A DNA stretch of 36,357 nt, taken from positions 1 through 36,357 of IMG/VR virus record IMGVR_UViG_3300040806_002796, one strand, 5' to 3'. The notes under the pieces were generated by a model. The model had not been told where the DNA came from. It did no database searches and was given only the letters and a program-made list of their open reading frames with translations. The stretch comes from a virus (taxonomy: Duplodnaviria; Caudoviricetes). Made by a program: the position numbers and the translations under genes. Positions 26,347 to 34,894 of the stretch are shown here, in pieces. Position 1 is the first letter of the stretch. Each line of letters opens with the position of its first letter.

Positions 26347-26382
26347 AAAAAAAGGATGCTCAATTTCTTGAACACCCTTTTT
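26347..26382 (-). terminator. Intrinsic terminator
   Basis: AAGGGUGUUCAA-GAAA-UUGAGCAUCC-U7. Confidence 0.8.
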
Positions 26383-26402
26383 AAGATATTTTTTACTGTA
26401 GA

Positions 26403-26726
26403 TTATACGTTGTCTAAAGTTATTACTGCTGTAACATCTACGTTAGCAAAGTATTCTTGAGCAGTTGTAAGTGGAGTACCTGTTCCTTGTACTGCTACTG
26501 TGATAGCCGCATCACCTACTGCACCTTTGATACCTACTACTGTGAAAGCATCTGATTGTGCGTTCCCATTTGCAAGTGAATTACCTGCCGCGATTCCTTG
26601 TACGAAACCATCGATAGTTGCTTGTGTGTGATTACCACTGTCGTTTAGGTCAACTGTTAAAATGTGCGTTTTGCCATTTAAGCCGTTACCTGCTTGAGCT
26701 TTTGCGTTATTTGTTAGACTTGGCAT
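26403..26726 (-). CDS. Small Ala/Gly/Thr-rich probable virion protein
   Basis: Own TATAAATA promoter, AGGAG SD and terminator; composition typical of abundant structural proteins. Confidence 0.65.
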   Translation of the reverse strand: MPSLTNNAKAQAGNGLNGKTHILTVDLNDSGNHTQATIDGFVQGIAAGNSLANGNAQSDAFTVVGIKGAVGDAAITVAVQGTGTPLTTAQEYFANVDVTAVITLDNV

Positions 26727-26789
26727 TTTATTTCTCCTATTTTCTCGTTAATGCCGATTCACACTCTGTGAACCGTTAGTTGCATTTAT

Positions 26790-27314
26790 TTATAATTTTT
26801 TGTGTGAAATGTCCTTGATTATGCTAGAAAATGGATCTTTGAACCCGCCTATTTGAAAATGTAATCTTTCATTCAGATTATCTAATACACCATGTTTTGT
26901 ACTAGTATCAATTAGAGTAGGCCCTTCATACAAGTAAGTGTCTAATATATTATCGTTGTCATCATACCAAACTACAGGAGTGTCTACTCCCCTTAAAGGA
27001 ATGATAAATGCCGCAGTGCGTTTATCACTGTGTGGTGATAATGAGCCTTGTATTCTAAAGTATTGTGCAAATTCGTATAAGTCATCAATTTTCCTTTTTA
27101 GAATAATTGATAAATCATTGAAAAAATTCAAGGACGTCAAATCTTCAGGTATGTCTTTGAAATATACACTTGTGATATTGTGTTCTTTCTTATAAGGAAA
27201 ATAATTGCCTTTGTTGTCTGTGAAGCCATCTTTTGCAAGATGCAGGTATTTGTCCGCGATGTCTAATAACTGTTGCTTGTTGTATTGTAAACCAATTTTA
27301 TGATAATATTGCAT
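26790..27314 (-). CDS. Fe(II)/2OG dioxygenase-like protein
   Basis: SPHSD..AFIIPL...LIDT..KHGV...RLHFQI; ATG 27314 just after TAAATA. Confidence 0.6.
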   Translation of the reverse strand: MQYYHKIGLQYNKQQLLDIADKYLHLAKDGFTDNKGNYFPYKKEHNITSVYFKDIPEDLTSLNFFNDLSIILKRKIDDLYEFAQYFRIQGSLSPHSDKRTAAFIIPLRGVDTPVVWYDDNDNILDTYLYEGPTLIDTSTKHGVLDNLNERLHFQIGGFKDPFSSIIKDISHKKL

Positions 27315-27344
27315 GAAATTATTTATGAGGTTTACAACAGTCGC

Positions 27345-27375
27345 AAAAAAAGGGCGTTTAATCTTCAAACGCCCT
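27345..27375 (-). terminator. Intrinsic terminator
   Basis: AGGGCGUUU-GAAGAUU-AAACGCCC-U7. Confidence 0.8.
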
Positions 27376-27403
27376 GATTTATAAGATTATTGATTATTAA
27401 CTA

Positions 27404-27769
27404 TTATGCAAAAGTTAATTGATCAGCCGCCGCAACAACTGTGTCAGTACCAACACCATCAATCGCTTCTAATTGCGCCGCAATAGAATCTGCTGTGTGT
27501 TGAGAACCGTCCACGATAATTGCAAGTGTTCCTGCAGTTCCTGTTGGTGCAAAGTAGGCAATCGCGTTCACTGACTTCACAGCCAATTCAACGATTTGAT
27601 CTGCTTCACCTGCCGCATCACCGTCAGCCGCTTGTAGGTTTACTGCTGAGTTTGAAGTATCTGAAGTTGAACGAATTGTTGCAACATAGAAACCAAGGTT
27701 TGCATTTTGAAAAACAGTTCCTGTGACAAATTTGTTCAAGAAACCATTTACTTTTGTTATACTAGGCAT
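27404..27769 (-). CDS. Small Ala/Thr-rich probable virion protein
   Basis: MPSITKVNG...; same promoter, leader and terminator layout as 26403..26726. Confidence 0.65.
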   Translation of the reverse strand: MPSITKVNGFLNKFVTGTVFQNANLGFYVATIRSTSDTSNSAVNLQAADGDAAGEADQIVELAVKSVNAIAYFAPTGTAGTLAIIVDGSQHTADSIAAQLEAIDGVGTDTVVAAADQLTFA

Positions 27770-27865
27770 ATTATTTCTCCTTTTTTCTCGTTAATGCCCT
27801 AATCCACGCTCAGTGGATGAGGTTGTATATATTTATAGATTTTGGTAATAATTTAAGTAGAGTGT

Positions 27866-28735
27866 TTACTTTTTGTTCTTTTTGGCACGTTCTGCCAATG
27901 CTCGTAGCATACTGACGTAGGCAGGTCCTCCTGACACTATGTCATGCAACATCTTGATTGCTGGTAGATATGCTTGAACTATTGTGCTGGGAATTGATTT
28001 GTTACTGAGTGCAAGGTCCACAAATCGTTTAACCTGCACAATGTTTTTTGATCCTACCAAGTATCTGTACAGTGATAATTCTTTACCTTGCACATTGATA
28101 TCTGGTATGGAGATTTTAGGTTCTGAGTCGCTGACTCTGCCTGTTTCTAAATTTTTATCAGCCACCAGTTTTTCAAGATCATCTATGATATCTGAACTTC
28201 GCAATTTGGCTCTTGCCGCATGCACTAATTTGGTTACAGTGTCTTGTCTATCAATCTGTGTTGCACTGTCATAGTCCATCAATGTTCTGCGAATAGATTT
28301 ATACACTGTGTTTCTGATGTTCAATGCTGATTCTATATTGATATACAATTGAGTGTTTGATACTGTGGCACTGCCCATACTGATTCTGGTGATGTGTCTG
28401 TTCACTGCCATCATTGGTAAAGTGGTTCTTTTTCTCAGTGCAGATGCAGAAGTAGGATCTTTTAATTTGTTGATTGCTTCTTGATCTCCTGTAACAAAAT
28501 AGATAAAATTATAAAGATCAGTAGCACTCATTCTAAATCTTTTGTAGTTGGTAAAACCCACTGTGCGTTTGGCATATGATCTTGCCATTGGTTTATGACG
28601 AGCATATTTGTTCATCAATTCCAATACCAACATGGAAAGATACAATCTTTCGCAACAGTCTGTATATGTCAAGACTTTTTGATCCTGAGTGTTGCGAGTC
28701 ATTCTCGCTTCGTATAATGATTCTATAAACTCCAT
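27866..28735 (-). CDS. Hypothetical late protein
   Basis: Long intact ORF starting MEFIESLYEARM. Confidence 0.7.
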   Translation of the reverse strand: MEFIESLYEARMTRNTQDQKVLTYTDCCERLYLSMLVLELMNKYARHKPMARSYAKRTVGFTNYKRFRMSATDLYNFIYFVTGDQEAINKLKDPTSASALRKRTTLPMMAVNRHITRISMGSATVSNTQLYINIESALNIRNTVYKSIRRTLMDYDSATQIDRQDTVTKLVHAARAKLRSSDIIDDLEKLVADKNLETGRVSDSEPKISIPDINVQGKELSLYRYLVGSKNIVQVKRFVDLALSNKSIPSTIVQAYLPAIKMLHDIVSGGPAYVSMLRALAERAKKNKK

Positions 28736-28753
28736 GCGAAGTATACTGAGTGT

Positions 28754-29137
28754 TTAGTAGATGCCTGGCTCTGCTGGTTGACTGTCTTTTTGCAAATACA
28801 TGTTCTTAAACAATGCAACCATATCATCTGTTTCTAAAAATTTAGATAATGTTTCACTTTTCTGAAGTGCTTTGATGAACTCTGATCTGATCATTGGTTT
28901 GATCTGTGAACTGGTCATCAGTTTTCTTAACATATCTGCCTGCCTTGCAGTCACTTTATGTTTTTTACCATCATCTGTGGTCACTGTGTCTAATGGATTT
29001 GGATTGCCTTGACTGTCTAGAATTTTTCCAAATTGATTGAACATTGGCTCCTGTTTGAAATCTTTGTCCATTCCTGCATTTGGATCATCTGCTGGGTCAA
29101 TATCTCTAAATTCTTTTATAAACTCTTTTGCTTTCAT
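28754..29137 (-). CDS. Hypothetical late protein
   Basis: Starts MKAKEFIKE; AGGAG SD. Confidence 0.7.
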   Translation of the reverse strand: MKAKEFIKEFRDIDPADDPNAGMDKDFKQEPMFNQFGKILDSQGNPNPLDTVTTDDGKKHKVTARQADMLRKLMTSSQIKPMIRSEFIKALQKSETLSKFLETDDMVALFKNMYLQKDSQPAEPGIY

Positions 29138-29147
29138 TGTGTTCTCC

Positions 29148-30287
29148 TTATCTATTTATCGCTCTGTTGGCTCTAGTGAAGCCAGAACGTTTTACTAGTT
29201 TTACTGCACCAGGTCCTGTGCCTGCCACATATCCTTCGCCGCCTTTTTGTCCATCTATAGTTGCCACAATGTCTGATCCTGCGGCATCCAGTTGATCCAC
29301 CATCATGTCCTTGGTTTCCATCACTGTTGCAATGGTTCTAAACACAGCATCAAATCCTGATTTGTGCTGTTGAATGTATTGAACAATTCTTTGTTTTTTT
29401 GGCACACTGACTGTGCTAGACTCTAACCAGTTTCCAAAATCAGCACCTAGGTTATCTAAACCTGTGTCAACTTTGCTGTTCACATAGGTGTACAAGATAT
29501 TTGGTAAATCAGTTATTTTTAACTCTTGAAGTTTGCCTCTGTTTAGAAATAAATCAATGGCTCCTGCGTTTTTAACCACTTCACTCTTGGCAGATTTTAA
29601 TATGGACAAGTCCACATTGCCTGGATGTGTTTTTGCAGTTGGAGGCAATACCAATAATTCGTCTCCCACAAACATATTGATATCTTCAAGTGGCGATACA
29701 CTGCCTTGCTCATTGATAGTGTGATGCAAAACAACTCCCACCTTGCTCATTGCAATTTTTTTTCCTATGTCACTGTTGGCATCTATGCTGTATTCAACCA
29801 CGTTGGGTTTGAACACAAATCTGTTGCCTTGTTTTTTAGGCTGTTGAAAATACAACATGTCTCCAACAAAATATCCTTCATAATCTTTTGGCATAGATTT
29901 TTCTATTACAGGAAATGCTTGTTTCATTTTCATACTGTACTGTGCATATGATTTTTTCTTTGCTGGATCTTTTGCTCTGCTCATAATCATACTTTCTAAA
30001 TCATCTGGATTGGTCGTTCTTCCATCATAATTTTTTGCATTGAATCCTGCTTTATCTGTGAAAATAAATTCATTGTTTGGTGTCAGACCAAACACAACTG
30101 CAGGTGAGCCATCCCATTTAATTGTTACTCCTTGTTTGCCTGTGGCAATTTTTTGCAACATCTCAATGGCTTCAAGAGCACCTTGGTGTCCTTTGAACAA
30201 TATCAAATCTTCTGCATGTTGTATTCTTGCAGATTCAAACACTGTTTTACACTTGCCTGATTGTTTTTTAAACTCGACTAGTTTCAT
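29148..30287 (-). CDS. ATP-dependent ligase-fold protein (DUF6267-like)
   Basis: TIKWDGSPA (motif I KxDG), FVGDML, GEGYV (motif IV) and VKLVKR (motif V). Confidence 0.6.
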   Translation of the reverse strand: MKLVEFKKQSGKCKTVFESARIQHAEDLILFKGHQGALEAIEMLQKIATGKQGVTIKWDGSPAVVFGLTPNNEFIFTDKAGFNAKNYDGRTTNPDDLESMIMSRAKDPAKKKSYAQYSMKMKQAFPVIEKSMPKDYEGYFVGDMLYFQQPKKQGNRFVFKPNVVEYSIDANSDIGKKIAMSKVGVVLHHTINEQGSVSPLEDINMFVGDELLVLPPTAKTHPGNVDLSILKSAKSEVVKNAGAIDLFLNRGKLQELKITDLPNILYTYVNSKVDTGLDNLGADFGNWLESSTVSVPKKQRIVQYIQQHKSGFDAVFRTIATVMETKDMMVDQLDAAGSDIVATIDGQKGGEGYVAGTGPGAVKLVKRSGFTRANRAINR

Positions 30288-31042
30288 TCTGGCAACCTGT
30301 CCATTAAGTTTCTAAACCACACAGGTGTTCCAGCAATTTTGTGTTCTGGTAATGTTTTTCCAATTTTTTCAAAACTGTCTCTTGCATCTTGAATCAATTG
30401 TTCATAATCTGTTCTGTTCTTAATTTTTGCATGTATAGTTTCAACTGTGGCTAAATCTTTTGCAGTGGCTCCTTTGCCCAACAACAGTTCTGCTATCTTG
30501 TCCGGATCTTTAGATAACACTTGTTCAGTTTTTCTATCAATCAAACCAGATTTAAAACTCCATTTAAGTCCTTGGGGTTTAGCAATCGATGCCAACATCA
30601 CATGTCTATCTGCACCTTTAAAATTACTGCCCACAGTGCCACTCAAACTGAATTTCATCCAATCAGGGTCACCAAACATAAAGTCTGTTTGCACATGTCC
30701 GTTCTTTTCGTTGCCTTGTATTGGTGTTTTGAAATGCACACTGACTCCGCTTTTTTTGATGTAATCAGCAGGATTCATATTCTTTGAATTCAACCAACCA
30801 GTCAGTTTAGCAATTAATTGTTCTTTGTTGATTTTTGTTTGATCCACAGCAAGATCTAAATCTCCTGATGTAGGTGCAAGTCCAGTAGTTCCTAATTTGT
30901 TGTCGGTGAGCTCTAATCCTGTAATCTGTTCCAACCATTGAACTGTGGGTTCAACATCGACCCTGTTGATTCTTGCAGTGGCTGGCTGACCTTCTGCATT
31001 TTTGAAAATATTGCCGCCCTCATTAACTATTGTTTTTGTCAT
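30284..31042 (-). CDS. Pol-beta-superfamily nucleotidyltransferase-like protein
   Basis: LGTTG....SGDLDLAVD plus a third Asp in VQTDFMF. Confidence 0.65.
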   Translation of the reverse strand: MTKTIVNEGGNIFKNAEGQPATARINRVDVEPTVQWLEQITGLELTDNKLGTTGLAPTSGDLDLAVDQTKINKEQLIAKLTGWLNSKNMNPADYIKKSGVSVHFKTPIQGNEKNGHVQTDFMFGDPDWMKFSLSGTVGSNFKGADRHVMLASIAKPQGLKWSFKSGLIDRKTEQVLSKDPDKIAELLLGKGATAKDLATVETIHAKIKNRTDYEQLIQDARDSFEKIGKTLPEHKIAGTPVWFRNLMDRLPE

Positions 31043-31286
31043 CTAAAACTTTTTTAATTCCAACTTTGAATTTTTTTGAATCACCATTACGTATGCTGTT
31101 TATAAATCTTCTTTCCAATTCAATAGCAGTTTCCTCTGGATAGTGATTTTGTATCACATTGAGAAGATTTACTGCACTCTCAATCAGACTACTGCCAGTG
31201 GTTTCAAGGAAATGTTCGGTATTTCTGCTCTCCGAAATACGGTTCAGTTCATCCAAAATTGATCGTGTTTTCTTCTTCATAAACAA
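31023..31286 (-). CDS. Hypothetical protein
   Basis: KKTRSILDEL...IESAVNLL...ERRFINSIR; overlaps the downstream gene. Confidence 0.65.
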   Translation of the reverse strand: MFMKKKTRSILDELNRISESRNTEHFLETTGSSLIESAVNLLNVIQNHYPEETAIELERRFINSIRNGDSKKFKVGIKKVLDDKNNS

Positions 31287-31416
31287 CTCTTTCCATTATT
31301 TACCGTATATACCATAGATTTGGTCAAGGATAAAGCACATGTGAACAGTATAACACACCTGCCACAAGTTGTCAACGAACATTTTGAATGCAAAAACACA
31401 CATAAATACCTACATA

Positions 31417-31695
31417 ATGAACTTTTTACAATTTGTATCAGAAGTAGGATTTCCCATAGCAGGTGCTGTGGCATCAGGTGTATTCATATTCATCATTTTA
31501 AAATTCATATTGGCAACTGTGACAGGTTCTGTGAATGGTCTTAAAAACATCATACAGGCACTGGACAACAGAGTACAGACCATGAACAATGATCTGGTTA
31601 AGATAGATGCCTTGCTGTCACACGTGACAGGAGTTAAACCTAATGTGGATAGACTTGCCGCCAACGAAGGCAAAGAAGATGCGAGGAAAGACTAG
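31417..31695 (+). CDS. Small holin-like membrane protein (GFPI motif)
   Basis: EVGFPIA plus TM and coiled coil; TAAATA upstream. Confidence 0.6.
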   Translation: MNFLQFVSEVGFPIAGAVASGVFIFIILKFILATVTGSVNGLKNIIQALDNRVQTMNNDLVKIDALLSHVTGVKPNVDRLAANEGKEDARKD

Positions 31696-31959
31696 ATGAT
31701 CACCATAGAACTTGCCAATGCGATAAAAGAATTTGGATTCCCAATTGTAGCCGCATTTGGTTTGGGCTATTTTGTTTATTATGTTTGGACTTGGGTAACC
31801 AAAGAAATCAAACCTGTGTTGGGTGAAGCCAACACCACTCTTATCGCACTGATTGACAGAGTGAGAATGTTGGACAACGACATGATACGTTTAACTCAAA
31901 AGTTAAACATGATTCTTGAGCAAAAAGAAAAAGAAGACAAAAAATCCAAAAAGAAATAA
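31696..31959 (+). CDS. Small holin-like membrane protein, paralog of the previous gene
   Basis: EFGFPIVA plus TM; LIDRVRMLDNDMIRL parallels LDNRVQTMNNDLVKI. Confidence 0.6.
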   Translation: MITIELANAIKEFGFPIVAAFGLGYFVYYVWTWVTKEIKPVLGEANTTLIALIDRVRMLDNDMIRLTQKLNMILEQKEKEDKKSKKK

Positions 31960-32085
31960 TTTACAAACAGTAAATTTTGTAAATTTAAATTTACAACCCA
32001 TCAACACGATTTACACCGCAGACATTGATTTTACACGAAATTTCGTATAAGTTTACTATAAGTAAATTTACAAGTATTATTTTAC
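31960..32085. repeat. TTTAC/GTAAA motif array with palindromes
   Basis: Ten copies in ~126 bp; 20-bp perfect palindrome at 31977-31996. Confidence 0.6.
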
Positions 32086-32099
32086 AAAAGGAGAATACA

Positions 32100-32249
32100 A
32101 TGTACGAAGATAAAAACAAGAGCAAAAAAGTGTTCGTTGAGAGTAAGTGTGTATCCCGAGACGACTGTTGTTGGGATGAAACTTATGAACCCAAAGAAGT
32201 TGTTGCTGTAAAAGTTGTAGATAAAAATACTAAAAAGAATTCACAGTAA
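32100..32249 (+). CDS. Small hypothetical protein
   Basis: AGGAG SD before ATG 32100; contains a C...CCW segment. Confidence 0.45.
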   Translation: MYEDKNKSKKVFVESKCVSRDDCCWDETYEPKEVVAVKVVDKNTKKNSQ

Positions 32250-34053
32250 AAACGTTTATATTTTCAGTCTTGCCTTTGACTTTGATTGTGCCCAAACTTT
32301 CATAGTTGAAGTCTTTGGCAAGCACTTTGGTTTTTTCACCAATCACCAGTGTGCTTCCTAGCTCTTTGGAACTGCTTTCCAATCTACTTGCTAGATTGAC
32401 ATCATCACCTATCACACTGTAATCAAAACGTTGCTCAGATCCCATGTTGCCTACCAGTGCTTCACCTGTGTTGATACCTATGCCTATGTTGATTGTGGGT
32501 AATCCTTCTGTTGATAACTCTTGATTCAACAGTTTTAATTCTGCCTGCATTTCCAAAGCAGTCTTCACTGCCAACTCTGCATGGTTAGCCACATCCAACG
32601 GAGCATTCCAGAATGCCATTATACAGTCTCCCATGTACTTGTCTATGGTTCCATTATTGTTAATCACAATGTTGGTCATGCGAGTTAAAAATCTATTGAT
32701 CAGTTTGGTGAGTCCTTCTGGATTGCCTTTGTACTTTTCTGATATAGGAGTAAAGCCTCTGATGTCCGAAAACATAAATGTTAGTGTTCTGGTTTCACCA
32801 CCCAACTTCAACAGCTCAGGATTTTTTTGTAATTTTTCCACCATGGCAGGAGATAGGTATGTGCCAAACTGTTTCTTGATCTGTTGTTTCGCAAAAAATT
32901 CTTTCATGAAGCGATTGAACACAGCATGGAAAGTTGTGATGGTTGTGACCAAGATGATCCAACTCACGTCCCACAACTGTAGATGTCTAGTGAAAGCAAA
33001 GTAACTGCCATAAGCAGTGCCTGAATACAGCAACACAATGAGAGCACCTATCAACCAATACGGAGCATAAGCCGCCGCCAGGATTAGAATCAGTGCCAAC
33101 ACACCTGCTGTGATGTATTCCACAAATGTGGCATAATCGTATCGCACAATGTTGTCACCGTTGATGATGGTTTGTAGCGAAGTGGCTGTGGTCATGTGAG
33201 CATACTGTTCTCCGTTAGGTGTGGCTATGACCCCGCCAATACCTTCTGCTGTGATGCCCACAATCACTGTCTTGCCTTGTAATGTTTTAAAGTCATCCAC
33301 TGCTGACACAGTTTCAAACTGTTTGTTCCATCTCAACCATATACGAGCATTGGCATCTGTGTCAATGGTTTTAAATTTTGGAATACGCATGGCAGTGACA
33401 CCACCCTGTTGTGTCTTAACTTGGTATGAAGGATCTCCCACAGCAACACGAATGGTTTCTATGGCAATGGCTGGATAAATTTCATCACCCACTCGCATCA
33501 ACAGAGGCAATCGTCTCACCACACCATCTATCTCTGGTGCTGTGTTGATCACACCCACACCGTCTGCTGAGGCACCCAATGATTCTATTGGTCCCAACAT
33601 ACCTGGCCATTCGTACAACCATGGCATGGGATCACCTATCTTGGCAACACCTCTCGGCACTGCGTTGCGATTGGTCTGTGTGGTTCCTACCTGTGCTATG
33701 ACCACACCATTATTTTTAAGTGCGTCTATCAATGCTTGATCACCTCCCAGTCTGTCATCTTCAGAAAACAGCACGGGCAACACAATCACACCTGCACCTA
33801 CTTCTCTTAAACGCCACACAATGTCAGCAATCACATCACGCTTCCAGGGCCACTGTCCATACTGTTCAATGGCACGTTCATCTATTTCCACAATAGCCAC
33901 ATCCTGTGACACAGTGGGTACATCATACTTCTGTATCAGATCAAACGATTTCAGTCTGGCAGTCTGTTTCACAAATGGGTCATTGAATCCCCATGCCATC
34001 AACACTGCAAGTATTATGACACTGAATATCCAATGTGTTAAAATTTTTTTCAT
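32230..34053 (-). CDS. CHASE2-domain class III adenylate cyclase
   Basis: IVEIDE..YGQWPWKR and DGVVRRLPL (CHASE2), three TM segments, then FSDIRGFT, DKYMGDCIMAFWNAP and DYSVIGDDVNLASRLES. Confidence 0.93.
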   Translation of the reverse strand: MKKILTHWIFSVIILAVLMAWGFNDPFVKQTARLKSFDLIQKYDVPTVSQDVAIVEIDERAIEQYGQWPWKRDVIADIVWRLREVGAGVIVLPVLFSEDDRLGGDQALIDALKNNGVVIAQVGTTQTNRNAVPRGVAKIGDPMPWLYEWPGMLGPIESLGASADGVGVINTAPEIDGVVRRLPLLMRVGDEIYPAIAIETIRVAVGDPSYQVKTQQGGVTAMRIPKFKTIDTDANARIWLRWNKQFETVSAVDDFKTLQGKTVIVGITAEGIGGVIATPNGEQYAHMTTATSLQTIINGDNIVRYDYATFVEYITAGVLALILILAAAYAPYWLIGALIVLLYSGTAYGSYFAFTRHLQLWDVSWIILVTTITTFHAVFNRFMKEFFAKQQIKKQFGTYLSPAMVEKLQKNPELLKLGGETRTLTFMFSDIRGFTPISEKYKGNPEGLTKLINRFLTRMTNIVINNNGTIDKYMGDCIMAFWNAPLDVANHAELAVKTALEMQAELKLLNQELSTEGLPTINIGIGINTGEALVGNMGSEQRFDYSVIGDDVNLASRLESSSKELGSTLVIGEKTKVLAKDFNYESLGTIKVKGKTENINVFTVNSF

Positions 34054-34265
34054 ATGTCTTGTGATTGTTTGTTGGGATAATTTTCAGGCATTTCATCTTC
34101 ATAGATGAATGGAGCATCCGAATTGCGATCAATTATTCTCTGCAACATTTCAATCTGTGTGTTCATGATCTGCCACATCTGTTGTTGATCTTTCCAAATA
34201 AAAATCTGTGAAACACTCAACACCAACACAGCAAATATACCCAACACTATCCAAATCTTTTTCAT
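34050..34265 (-). CDS. Small single-TM protein
   Basis: MKKIWIVLGIFAVL...; ATGA overlaps on both sides. Confidence 0.55.
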   Translation of the reverse strand: MKKIWIVLGIFAVLVLSVSQIFIWKDQQQMWQIMNTQIEMLQRIIDRNSDAPFIYEDEMPENYPNKQSQDI

Positions 34266-34474
34266 TGTGACTCCAAACAGCCTGCAATCACAGAACAATA
34301 CTGTGTTGGATCATTTGAGATCAATATCTTTTCTGAATCTTCTATAGGTTCTTGAAATGCTGTGTTATTATTTTCTGTGGTTGTTTCTTCAGTTGTCTGA
34401 GACTGCGTCACATAGATGTCATTGGCCGAAACTGCCGTGATGAACAACACACAGAATAAAAATGTTCTAATCAT
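34262..34474 (-). CDS. Small secreted protein
   Basis: Signal peptide followed by NDIYVTQS; TAAATA upstream. Confidence 0.55.
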   Translation of the reverse strand: MIRTFLFCVLFITAVSANDIYVTQSQTTEETTTENNNTAFQEPIEDSEKILISNDPTQYCSVIAGCLESQ

Positions 34475-34545
34475 AATATGAGTATTTATTAAAATATTAT
34501 TAAGTGATTAAATATTAGTATATTACTTCACATAAGGAAATTTAG

Positions 34546-34893
34546 ATGGCAATAGAACAAAAAAAGAGTTGGTTAAAGAGCAACATAGTGATGATCCCGG
34601 TCGTTGCTTCGATACTGGTTGGAACATTCACGGGTATCAAGTATGTGATAAATCTCACAGACACAATCAACAGCAACAAGGACGAGATCATAGCACTACA
34701 GGAGGTGGAGATCACCAACCTGAAGAGGGATCTCAGGGTGGTGCAGGAAGCCAACACGGAACTGAAACAGCGTCTGGGCCGGGCGGAAGCGACCTGGGAG
34801 ATGGCAGAGAACCTGTACAGAGAACTGGCAGAGAAGGTGCGTGACATGGCATGGGACATCAAAGACCTTAGCAGGGAAGTCAACGGAAACTAG
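34546..34893 (+). CDS. TM plus coiled-coil protein
   Basis: One TM segment then a heptad pattern; AGGA SD. Confidence 0.65.
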   Translation: MAIEQKKSWLKSNIVMIPVVASILVGTFTGIKYVINLTDTINSNKDEIIALQEVEITNLKRDLRVVQEANTELKQRLGRAEATWEMAENLYRELAEKVRDMAWDIKDLSREVNGN

Positions 34894-34894
34894 A

